Positions 19,411 to 27,774 of a stretch of 63,181 bases of DNA are shown piece by piece. Below the pieces are notes generated by a model that ran no database searches, was not told the origin of the DNA, and saw nothing but the letters and a program-made list of their open reading frames with translations. This stretch comes from a virus. Taxonomy: Duplodnaviria; Caudoviricetes. Location of the stretch: positions 1 through 63,181 of IMG/VR virus record IMGVR_UViG_3300020042_009799. The stretch is one strand, 5' to 3'. The number at the start of each line of letters is the position of its first letter. The stretch's first letter is position 1. Made by a program: the position numbers and the translations under genes.

Positions 19411-20043
19411 TTAGTAAGCCCATTTCGCATCTCCGAGGATTTCGTCCGAGTCCGACCACCATTCGTCCCATTGAGCATTGGTCGCAACGTCCCAGTCCGG
19501 GATTGTCGCGGCGGCATCTTTGCCCGTGAGGGAGACAGGTAACCACTTGATCCGGTTGTTCGGGTAGATGGCGATCTGTCCATTGGTGAGTCGGATGACG
19601 TTTCCTTCTTTGTGCTCTTCGAGTAGCTCGGAGTCGCCGACATCGAAGATTCCTTGCGCCTGACCTTCCGGCAGGAAGTCGAGCGTGAACCAGTAGTGTC
19701 CACCGATAGGGGGGATGCCCTTGCCGAGGTTGACCAGCACGGGTACGTCGTTGAGCTGGTCCTTGCGCCACATCTCAATCGACCCAGACAAGCACTCCCA
19801 CATCTGAATCTTGTGGAGGGGTAGCGCGGTTTCGCCGTCTTCTGGCTCAAACCAGAACAAGCATTGCGGCGGGACTTTGTCGAAACAGGCCGCAAACTTA
19901 TCGACCCACACTTGGAAGCAGAGGGGTCGGTTCCGCATCGCCCTAACCGAGACGAGCCATGCTGGTTCGAAACGGTCGGCGGGACCCCCGAACGCATCGC
20001 AGCGGACGAAGACTCTTGTCTTAGGGCAGTTTACGTTTCTCAT
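19411..20043 (-). CDS. Conserved-looking hypothetical phage protein
   Basis: YWFTLD, EHKEGN, NGQIAIYPNNR. Confidence 0.75.
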   Translation of the reverse strand: MRNVNCPKTRVFVRCDAFGGPADRFEPAWLVSVRAMRNRPLCFQVWVDKFAACFDKVPPQCLFWFEPEDGETALPLHKIQMWECLSGSIEMWRKDQLNDVPVLVNLGKGIPPIGGHYWFTLDFLPEGQAQGIFDVGDSELLEEHKEGNVIRLTNGQIAIYPNNRIKWLPVSLTGKDAAATIPDWDVATNAQWDEWWSDSDEILGDAKWAY

Positions 20044-20079
20044 AAAATCAAAGGGCTAACGGGTTTCGAGAACCCCGAT

Positions 20080-20262
20080 TCAGGTATCAGGATCGCTGAT
20101 TACGGTTTCAAGTGATTCGTGGTTCGGGCAAGGGGGTTCAGGAGGGATGTCGAATGGCGAGAAAGGTTTCGCCTCGGGCTCCTTCTTCCTGAAGATTGAA
20201 TCGTAATTCGTGGCGAAGGCGTTCCGATCCTTGACCCGGTTCCAGCTTCCTTTGTGGCTCAT
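20080..20262 (-). CDS. Hypothetical protein
   Basis: KGS..R...F..NYDSIF motif. Confidence 0.55.
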   Translation of the reverse strand: MSHKGSWNRVKDRNAFATNYDSIFRKKEPEAKPFSPFDIPPEPPCPNHESLETVISDPDT

Positions 20263-20504
20263 GCTCTCCTCCAGATTCCTACTTTGTTTTCCGCCTCATC
20301 CAAGCGCACCGAGAACTTGCGCCCTGTATCACTTCCAACTCGCGCGGCGTGACGCCGCAGCGTGGACACATGGGCTGGCCCGGCGACTGGCATGACGACC
20401 GCTTGGCCGACTTCCAGTTTGCGGATGGCTGCGCCCAGTTCAGAGAAAGATCCCTTGCGGCGACCCGCTCGGGAAGGTGGTAGGGGTGTTGCTACGATTT
20501 GCAT
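20259..20504 (-). CDS. Small putative DNA-binding protein
   Basis: KLEVGQ...RKFSVR...IWR motif. Confidence 0.6.
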   Translation of the reverse strand: MQIVATPLPPSRAGRRKGSFSELGAAIRKLEVGQAVVMPVAGPAHVSTLRRHAARVGSDTGRKFSVRLDEAENKVGIWRRA

Positions 20505-20713
20505 GGTTCAGACGGTTTCGCGATAATCCAATAGTTGATCAAGTTCCTTACAGGTCAGGACATCGCCTTCTGCTAAGGCTTCCATGACCTCCTCAAAGGG
20601 TAGGTCCAACGCATCGGCGATGGACGCAATCCCGTTTGCGAGTAATTTCAGTTCGTCGTTGTTCATCACGAACAACGAATCCCATAAACCGGGACCGTCG
20701 TCAATTAAAATGT

Positions 20714-21268
20714 TCAGGGATTATCGTCATCCTCTGGATCAACGACTTCCGCCTCAATGGTTGCCCGGGCAGGCTGTGCTTGCAGGACCTTTAGGTCGAT
20801 GCTGATTCGTCCTCCGACTCCCGCACCACCCTTCTTGTTGTTCAGGCCAAGGCTATCCCGAATCATGCCGTCGAGCTTCTGGATGTCGCTGTAGGTCTTG
20901 GGAATCAGGACTCCGCTGTTCAGGGCTTGTTGGAGAATCTCGGTACCTTTCGCCGCGACAAAAGCGTTGTACTGGTCAGCGGGAGTCGCCGCAGCCTGAA
21001 CCGCTGTCGCCAGTGCGTGGTCCCGTTTCTCGGACTCTTGGATCTTCACCAGCGGGATCGACTCGTCGGTCTCGATCGGCAGGACGAACTGGGTGTCGTC
21101 CACCAGTTCCTCGGGCTTGTCCTTGCGGACTGCCTTGGCATCTCTCGCCCAGCGCGTGACGGTCTGGGTGGACACGCCGACCGCCTTGGCGATGGACACG
21201 GTCTTGTGTCCATCACGCCACAGCTTGAGGGCTTTCTTCTTTACTGCGGTGGGGTGGGCGATGGTCAT
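20714..21268 (-). CDS. HTH protein, putative terminase small subunit
   Basis: N-terminal HTH (SIAKAVGVSTQTVTRW), IRDSLGL, C-terminal IEAEVV; near TerL. Confidence 0.55.
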   Translation of the reverse strand: MTIAHPTAVKKKALKLWRDGHKTVSIAKAVGVSTQTVTRWARDAKAVRKDKPEELVDDTQFVLPIETDESIPLVKIQESEKRDHALATAVQAAATPADQYNAFVAAKGTEILQQALNSGVLIPKTYSDIQKLDGMIRDSLGLNNKKGGAGVGGRISIDLKVLQAQPARATIEAEVVDPEDDDNP

Positions 21269-21558
21269 AGGTCTCCTTGGAGTAGCTTACAGTTTTGAAT
21301 CATGCCGGGCATGTCGTCGATCCAGATGTCTACTTTAGGTCCACGCTGGGTTCTAAGCGACCACTCCTTGAGCTGCCCGTTTGTGTAGAAAATCCTCAGG
21401 CTTTCCGGCAAGTTGCCACGCTTCATATCGTCAGTCCACTGCTTTCGCCCGGTCACCATGATGACTTGGTGGCCCCGGGAAAGGAGCAGCTCGTAGACAG
21501 CGTTCCAAGTAGAGGGGTCAGCGGACCAAGTCCGGTCGTAGTCGATTGCGATGATCAC
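21265..21558 (-). CDS. HAD-superfamily hydrolase
   Basis: IAIDYDRT, VTGR, K, IWIDD. Confidence 0.85.
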   Translation of the reverse strand: MIIAIDYDRTWSADPSTWNAVYELLLSRGHQVIMVTGRKQWTDDMKRGNLPESLRIFYTNGQLKEWSLRTQRGPKVDIWIDDMPGMIQNCKLLQGDL

Positions 21559-21731
21559 AGCGGTTCGTATCCGTTGAAAAGGTATTCGTGAAGCAGCTCC
21601 TGCTGGGGCGAATCATCAGTCAGTCGCAGGCGGCGGTTGAGCTTGTCGAGGATTTCCTCGATGTCGGCGCGGGCCTCTTCAAGGTCGGACTGGTTCGCGA
21701 TGAACCATGTTAGGAAGCGTTCTTCGTTCAT
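21555..21731 (-). CDS. Hypothetical 58-aa protein (not in ORF track)
   Basis: MNEERFLTWF..., overlaps both neighbours by 4 nt. Confidence 0.6.
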   Translation of the reverse strand: MNEERFLTWFIANQSDLEEARADIEEILDKLNRRLRLTDDSPQQELLHEYLFNGYEPL

Positions 21732-21913
21732 GGGGTAATGATTTCTACTTGTGCGCCAGCCCCAAGAGACCTCCCTGAAATTACTGCCAGCTCTTCAAGA
21801 GTAGGCGCAACCTCTTCCGGTTTGTCGGACCACCGAAATTCCATGGTGCCTGTGTCTGGGTTTCGGCGTTGCTCCATGTGAGCAAAACGCAGTGGGGTGG
21901 GGGTTGGTTCCAT
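21728..21913 (-). CDS. Hypothetical protein
   Basis: Probable start MEPTPT, divergent from TerL. Confidence 0.5.
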   Translation of the reverse strand: MEPTPTPLRFAHMEQRRNPDTGTMEFRWSDKPEEVAPTLEELAVISGRSLGAGAQVEIITP

Positions 21914-21973
21914 ATAGTCTGGTATTGACAGCTCGAACCATGCACAATTCCCGGGTCCCTTGCAAGAAAAATT

Positions 21974-23728
21974 ATGACCCGCCTTCAACTTCAGGCAGAT
22001 GGCAGCTGGGAAATCAGCGAAATGACCATCCAGCCGTGCAATGTGCTGACCGCCTATCTCTACGCCTTCCGCCACCACGAACTACCCGGAGTCCGGGAAC
22101 ACTGCTTCTGGGAGATCGCTGACATCCTTTGGAACAACGATCAGGAGAAGCCGCTTTGCGTCAAGCACAAGTGGGCGGAGCAGACAGTCCGCGCCTGTGT
22201 CCGTGAGAAGTATCTCGCCCTCGGCGGGTCTGCTGGCTCCGGCAAGTCCTACACCCTCGCCGCCTACGCGATTGTGGAATGGCTCTGCGCGCCGTCCGAG
22301 ACGCTGGTGCTGGTCACCTCCACCACGCTTCAGGCATCACGAACCCGTATCTGGGGCGCGATTATCAAGCTTCTCGATGCCATTGACGGAATCCCGATCA
22401 AGGTTCGTGATTCGATCGGATCGGCAGCTTACGTCACGCCTGACGGGACCATCCTTGAAACGGCGGGGATTCGCCTGATCGCCGCTGAGAAGAAGCAGAC
22501 CCGGGATGCCGTGGGTAAGTTGATCGGGATGCACAACGAGCGCGTGGTCCTCATCGCAGACGAGCTTTCGGAACTGTCCGAGGCGATTGTGCAGGCGGGT
22601 CTATCCAACATGACGCAGAACCCCTACTTCAGACTGCGTGCTGCGTCCAACCCGAACTCGCGCTTCGATGCCTTCGGGATTTGGTCTGAGCCAGCAGGCG
22701 GCTGGGACAGCGTGGACCCACACGTCGCCATCAAGTGGCGAACCAAGTACGGCGGGTTGTTTCTGCGCTTCGACGCGGAGCAGTCGCCCAACCTCGACTT
22801 CGATGAACCTCCCTACCCGTACCTACCGACCCGCGAGGGTGTCGAAGTCAGCAAGGAACAGATGGGTCCGAACAGTCGCGGCTACATGCGCATGTATCGC
22901 GCCATCTTCTTCGACTCCGACGAGGCGGAAGGCATCTACACCGAGGCGGAGCTGAACCGGTCCAGCGCGTGTTCTTCGGAGCCGCTGACTGGCGTGGTGA
23001 AGATCGCCGCACTCGACCCGTCCTTCACCAACGGCGGGGACGACACGGTGCTGATGTTCGGCGAGCTGGGCTACGACAGCCTTGGGCAGTACTGCCTCCA
23101 GTTCAAGGAATACGTGAAGCTCTTTGACGACGCCAACAACAAGGCGGTACCGCGTACTTTCCAGATCGTGCAGCAGGTCAAGGCGCAGTGCGAGAAGCGC
23201 GGCATCCTGCCAGAGAACCTCGCCGTTGACGCCACCAGTGCAGGCAACCCGTTCTGCGACGTGCTGGCGACTGAGTGGTCGCCCCAGATTCTGCGGGTCA
23301 ACTTCCAAGGCGGAGCGTCAAGCAAGCGGGTCTCAATGAACGATCGCCGCGAGGCGAAGGAGCTTTATGTAAACCGCGTCAGCGAGCTTTGGTTTGTAGG
23401 CAAGGAGCTGATCCGCTGCCGTCAGCTGCGGGGTATCCCGAACGAGATGGCGAAGGACATGTGCGCCCGGAACTACGAAACCGTGAAGGGTGGATCGGGC
23501 CTGCGCATGAAGGTTGAGAGCAAGGCGGACTTCAAAAAGCGCATGGGCCACTCGCCTGACTTGGCGGATGCGGGCTTCATTATGCTCGAATTGGCCCGCG
23601 ATCGGTTCAGTTTTCTGGCTACCGAACCAATAAAAAACGAAGACGGACTGGCCCCGTTGAGGAGAAATTTTACATTCCGAAAATTGGATGCGATCAGTAA
23701 TTCACCGCACAGCATGCTGCTAGATTGA
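21974..23728 (+). CDS. terL: Terminase large subunit
   Basis: Walker A GSAGSGKS, Walker B LIADE, ASNP, nuclease ALDPS..GGDD, SPDLAD. Confidence 0.93.
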   Translation: MTRLQLQADGSWEISEMTIQPCNVLTAYLYAFRHHELPGVREHCFWEIADILWNNDQEKPLCVKHKWAEQTVRACVREKYLALGGSAGSGKSYTLAAYAIVEWLCAPSETLVLVTSTTLQASRTRIWGAIIKLLDAIDGIPIKVRDSIGSAAYVTPDGTILETAGIRLIAAEKKQTRDAVGKLIGMHNERVVLIADELSELSEAIVQAGLSNMTQNPYFRLRAASNPNSRFDAFGIWSEPAGGWDSVDPHVAIKWRTKYGGLFLRFDAEQSPNLDFDEPPYPYLPTREGVEVSKEQMGPNSRGYMRMYRAIFFDSDEAEGIYTEAELNRSSACSSEPLTGVVKIAALDPSFTNGGDDTVLMFGELGYDSLGQYCLQFKEYVKLFDDANNKAVPRTFQIVQQVKAQCEKRGILPENLAVDATSAGNPFCDVLATEWSPQILRVNFQGGASSKRVSMNDRREAKELYVNRVSELWFVGKELIRCRQLRGIPNEMAKDMCARNYETVKGGSGLRMKVESKADFKKRMGHSPDLADAGFIMLELARDRFSFLATEPIKNEDGLAPLRRNFTFRKLDAISNSPHSMLLD

Positions 23729-23886
23729 GCAGTCACTTATCATGTATCATTTATCCCTAGTCACTCAAAGCTGGCTATTATCCTCAGATTCCTGTCACCA
23801 ACAAGTGTTTCAATGGCTTGTACTACTCAATTTCTGAAGCGTGAAAAGTGAATCGTGGTAAGGGATTCGTGGTAAGTGAGTCGGAA

Positions 23887-23998
23887 ATTAGATTAGCTTC
23901 ACTACACGCTCTCTCCTTAAAAGAATAAGAGACTACGCACATGTATGCAGGGGAACGTATTCTTTTTCCTTCCTCTACTGTAGTGACGCTAATGTAAT
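23887..23998. repeat. Copy 1 of inverted-repeat-bounded element
   Basis: 20-bp arms (18/20 complementary) around a 72-bp core shared with 52052-52123. Confidence 0.85.
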
Positions 23999-24082
23999 GC
24001 TCAGTTTTCTTTTAGGCTTCGGCGGAACGGGGTCGCGATTTTTAGATTGACCTCGCCGCGGTTTTCGTGCGATAGTCCCGCC

Positions 24083-24505
24083 ATGTCAGCGACACGTTCC
24101 AAGTTTCTTCCTTCCCTCGGCGAAGACCTTCGCCTGTCTGACGTCCTCGCCCCCACCGCTTGCTTCCTCAGCTTTGCCTTTGGGTTCGCCGTGCGCTGCC
24201 TGCTCGCGCTGACTCTGGTCGCACTGCCTCTTTCCGCCGAGCCTCTTTCCAAGGCCAGCAAACGCTCCCTTGATGGACCTCCCGCGCCTCTGCCTGCATG
24301 CGTAATTCGGGAGGTGTTTCTACCCAAGTGCCCTGTTGTCGCCCCCGCCAAACCCCAAGGTCCGGTTGCGGAACGCCCTCCCATCGTAGACCGCAACTGG
24401 CCCGAGCGGCGAGTGGCCTACTCGCCTGATCTCCGCGACCCGAACAAGTGGGTGCGCGAGCAGGAGAAGCAGGCATGGCGGTTCGTGGAATCCATTGGCA
24501 AATGA
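24083..24505 (+). CDS. Hypothetical membrane/secreted protein
   Basis: Hydrophobic segments; preceded by TTGACC-18-GATAGT-6-ATG. Confidence 0.55.
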   Translation: MSATRSKFLPSLGEDLRLSDVLAPTACFLSFAFGFAVRCLLALTLVALPLSAEPLSKASKRSLDGPPAPLPACVIREVFLPKCPVVAPAKPQGPVAERPPIVDRNWPERRVAYSPDLRDPNKWVREQEKQAWRFVESIGK

Positions 24506-24665
24506 TTTCGCGCCTGATGCAAACGGTGTGGGCTTGGGCCTCAAACAACGACCACCGTGACCGCCCGAGAGTGGGCTCCAATGCCGAATCGTCCAACCCT
24601 AGGACCCCCAGACAGTACCGGGGAAATGTGGGTCTGAAATCCCACTTCGGCTCCTAACTTTCAAC

Positions 24666-24740
24666 TGCGGGGAGAGTGCTGGTTCTCCCGGGGTCTCATA
24701 AGCCACCGTGACGCGAGTTCGATTCTCGCCCCCGCTACCA
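24666..24740 (+). tRNA. tRNA with CAT anticodon (Met, possibly initiator)
   Basis: GCGGGG/CCCCGC acceptor with 1:72 mismatch, CTCATAA loop, GCGAG-TTCGATT-CTCGC T arm, encoded CCA. Confidence 0.85.
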
Positions 24741-24741
24741 A

Positions 24742-24801
24742 CTTTGAGTGCATGCTATGGACCGTATAGAGTAGGTGCCGTTCAAATCGGCAAGCAAACC
24801 A
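24742..24801 (+). ncRNA. Degenerate tRNA-like element
   Basis: Perfect T arm TGCCG-TTCAAAT-CGGCA, CTAT/ATAG stem, CCA end; poor acceptor pairing and no D arm. Confidence 0.4.
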
Positions 24802-24903
24802 GCGACGGCTGGAACACTCAACGTGAACAAGGTCCCGAAAGGGATGAGCCGCAAGCACGATAGGCTTGCTCCGGACGCGGTAACCGGTTACAATTTCCTC
24901 ACC

Positions 24904-25185
24904 ATGAGCAAAGATCCCCGCCTTGAACGTGCTGGAGTTTCCGGCTTCAACAAGCCGAAGCGCACGCCAAGCCACCCCACCAAGTCACATGTGGTGGTCG
25001 CCAAGGCGGGCGACGAAGTGAAAACAATCCGCTTCGGCCAGCAGGGCGTCTCTGGGTCTCCCTCCAAAGAAGGGGAGTCCCGAGCTTACCGCAAGCGCCG
25101 CGAGTCTTTCCGAGCTCGCCATGCAAAGAACATTGCCAAGGGCAAACTGAGCGCCGCATGGTGGGCCGACAAGGTCAAGTGGTGA
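24904..25185 (+). CDS. Small basic conserved phage protein
   Basis: NKPKRTP.HP.KSH, KTIRFGQQG, SFRARH, SAAWWA motifs. Confidence 0.75.
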   Translation: MSKDPRLERAGVSGFNKPKRTPSHPTKSHVVVAKAGDEVKTIRFGQQGVSGSPSKEGESRAYRKRRESFRARHAKNIAKGKLSAAWWADKVKW

Positions 25186-25266
25186 CAATAATTATGTGAC
25201 ATTTTATCTTTCCAAACGGGGTGCCTCTGGAGAATCCGGGGGAGGCCACACCCCACCACTTTCCTA

Positions 25267-25575
25267 ATGCCCTACCTCGATCCAGCGAAGCACCGCGAGT
25301 CCCGACGCAACTCGGCGCGGCGGAACAAGGACTGGTTCTTCGAGTACAAGAATACCTTGTCCTGCATTGACTGCGGTTTCTCTCATGGCGCAGCAATCCA
25401 CTTTCACCACCTGCGTGATAAGGTCGCTACCATCGCCACCATGGTGAACAAGGGCGTCAAGCGCGAGGCGATCATGGCCGAGATCGAGAAGTGCATCCCC
25501 CTCTGCGCCAACTGCCACGCCCTTCGCCACTACAACGAGGACTACCACGCCGCTAGAAACGCCCAGTTCAACTAA
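25267..25575 (+). CDS. HNH endonuclease
   Basis: CIDCG, FHH, KC..LCANCH..RH. Confidence 0.85.
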   Translation: MPYLDPAKHRESRRNSARRNKDWFFEYKNTLSCIDCGFSHGAAIHFHHLRDKVATIATMVNKGVKREAIMAEIEKCIPLCANCHALRHYNEDYHAARNAQFN

Positions 25576-25595
25576 GATTTAGATTGACTTGGGTA

Positions 25596-25630
25596 TTGAA
25601 TGAATCCCGAATCACGTATACTATTCCGGG
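25596..25630 (+). promoter_or_regulatory. sigma70-like promoter, leaderless
   Basis: TTGAAT-17-TACTAT-6-ATG(25631). Confidence 0.65.
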
Positions 25631-26890
25631 ATGGCAGTTACCCGCTCCCTTTCTTCTCCTTCTCAGGTTCTCAAACGTGAGGCGCGCCGCGCTCAGCGAG
25701 CAGGCTTTCGCGAAACCGCAGAAAAACTCTACGAAGAAGGTGTCGCTACCTCTCTTGAGGAGAAAGAAGCCCGCGGGTCGAACATCCGCTCCTACGAGGA
25801 AGAAAACAAGTCTCGGGCTTACCGCGAGCGCGCCAAAGACCTATCCAATGCCCAGCGAGCAGCCTTGCTACGTGGCGAAAACCCTCTGGATACTGCCGCA
25901 ACCTCCCAGCAGCCTACCCGTTCGACGAATGCCTCCCTGAACGAGGCACGCCCGGGCGAAACCGCCACGCAGTTCTACGCGAGGCAGCGCGAATCCCGGA
26001 TGGGTACTCCCAAGCCGAGCACTGCATCTACTTCAACCAGCATCCGGCAGCCCGTCCCAATCAGCACTCCGCAACCTGCTTTAACCAACCCTCCGCAGCT
26101 TGCTCCAGCCAGCATCCGGCGGCCCGACCTACCCAGCACTCCGCAACCTGCTCCAGCAACTAAGCCTGCCGCTTCGATCGACTACCTCGACACCAGCGGT
26201 TCGCCCATGGTCGAGCAGACTCGCGCGGAAAAGGACATGGTTCGCCGTGAGGCCCTTCAGAGTGCCTACGACAAGCTCACCAACCCAACAGGTGCCGCAG
26301 GCAGCATGGCGGAAGTGGGCGCGCAGCAAGCCAAGGCGTCTGCCGCACCCGCAGCGCCGACTACCCCAGCTGGACCTACCATGTCTGAGCTTGTCTCCGG
26401 TCTGCGCGAATCCTTTGATCGTAGCGATCGTGCTAAAAGAAAAGCGGAGATCGCCGCCCGCCCGGTTGTTATTGGCGGAGTGACCATGCCAGCTGGCTAT
26501 GGTGTTCCCGCTACCCAAGCGCAGAAGGACTTTGACGCGGAACAACAGCGCATCGCCCGTATCATGGATCAGGGACCACGAACCCCTGTTGAGGATTACG
26601 TTGAGCCCACTCCCCCGCCTGTGCAGCCAAAGACTTCTCCCGGAGCGGCTCGTTTTACGGGACGCCTGCTTCGTAAGGTGGGTCAGCTATCCGACGCAGC
26701 TAAAGTTGGAACCTCCATGGCCGTGGATAAAGCAGGTAAGCTTGCTACAAGTGACCCATTTGTAAATCCTTCTCCAGCTATGATGGCGGAAGCCGATCGC
26801 CGTAAGACTCTACAGCAAACGCTCGCCCCCGCTGCCAGAGCCCTTAAAGAGGCCCGCCGCGAATTTTCCCGAGGACTCCAAGGCCAATAA
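25631..26890 (+). CDS. Putative internal virion/ejection protein, Pro/Ala-rich
   Basis: Low-complexity protein, first of three genes ending with the giant protein. Confidence 0.55.
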   Translation: MAVTRSLSSPSQVLKREARRAQRAGFRETAEKLYEEGVATSLEEKEARGSNIRSYEEENKSRAYRERAKDLSNAQRAALLRGENPLDTAATSQQPTRSTNASLNEARPGETATQFYARQRESRMGTPKPSTASTSTSIRQPVPISTPQPALTNPPQLAPASIRRPDLPSTPQPAPATKPAASIDYLDTSGSPMVEQTRAEKDMVRREALQSAYDKLTNPTGAAGSMAEVGAQQAKASAAPAAPTTPAGPTMSELVSGLRESFDRSDRAKRKAEIAARPVVIGGVTMPAGYGVPATQAQKDFDAEQQRIARIMDQGPRTPVEDYVEPTPPPVQPKTSPGAARFTGRLLRKVGQLSDAAKVGTSMAVDKAGKLATSDPFVNPSPAMMAEADRRKTLQQTLAPAARALKEARREFSRGLQGQ

Positions 26891-26893
26891 ATT

Positions 26894-27742
26894 ATGCCAG
26901 CTTCAGACACCGCAGCCTTCACTTCAAATCTGTTTGGATCCATCCGATCCAACTCGGCTCTATCACCGCGGGCAAAATCCGCGCTCACGTCAAGCATCCT
27001 CGATCAACAAGAGAAGATCCAAGAGGAAGCCCTCAAGCGCAGGCAGCAAGCCCAGCAGATTGAACTTGGCAACATCCGTCTGGAGGGCGATCGCCTCGCC
27101 TTGGAAGAAGCCCGCCAATCCGCGCAGGTCAAGCGGGATGCCATCGCCCAAGCGCCTGCGGCCATGCAGACCTTCGAGAGCATCCTCGACGATCCGGCAC
27201 TTGACCCCAAGACCAAGCGTGCCCGCATCAACCGCGCCGCGATGGGCTTCGCCAGTTCGCTGACCTATTCGCCAGAGCTTCAGGCGAAGTATCGTTTTGC
27301 TGCGCAGGCGGCAGAACCTGAAATTTCTGACGGCGATGCTATGACCCCGTATCAGATCACGTCGCTCAGGAATCAGGATCTCGATAGGCAAGAGAAGGCG
27401 CAGGAGAAAGCCGAGAAGCTTTCCAAAGAGCAAAAGGAAGAACAAGAGAAAGCCAAGCAGGCCGACCTTGCGGTTCTCGACCGAATCAAGGACATCCAGA
27501 TCGGTACCGAGTTCGACCCCAACCAACAGGTCCCAAAATTCAAGACTCTCAACGACAAGGAGCTTGTATTGGACATCATTGATCGCTACGCTCCCGAAAC
27601 GTCTGAAGCCTACCGCGACAAATCAGACAGTGATATTTACTCCGCCGCCGCTCAGCTCCGGCGCAAAGCTTTCCGACAGATTGTTTCTCCCACTGCTGCC
27701 CCGGCAGCACCCAAAGTTGATGACCGATCCCGGTTTCGTTAA
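26894..27742 (+). CDS. Putative internal virion/ejection protein
   Basis: Helical Q/E/K/A-rich; position before the giant protein. Confidence 0.55.
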   Translation: MPASDTAAFTSNLFGSIRSNSALSPRAKSALTSSILDQQEKIQEEALKRRQQAQQIELGNIRLEGDRLALEEARQSAQVKRDAIAQAPAAMQTFESILDDPALDPKTKRARINRAAMGFASSLTYSPELQAKYRFAAQAAEPEISDGDAMTPYQITSLRNQDLDRQEKAQEKAEKLSKEQKEEQEKAKQADLAVLDRIKDIQIGTEFDPNQQVPKFKTLNDKELVLDIIDRYAPETSEAYRDKSDSDIYSAAAQLRRKAFRQIVSPTAAPAAPKVDDRSRFR

Positions 27743-27774
27743 GGCGAAACCCTAACCACCCAAGCTGCACCCCG

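Noticed and set aside
19209-19997. 262-aa ORF overlapping 19411-20043
   Set aside because: The upstream part is Ser/Arg-rich shadow sequence; only the last 62 codons look like a gene
24741-24900. tRNA-associated HDV-like or hammerhead ribozyme
   Set aside because: The required pseudoknot or the CUGAUGA/GAAA core could not be built by eye
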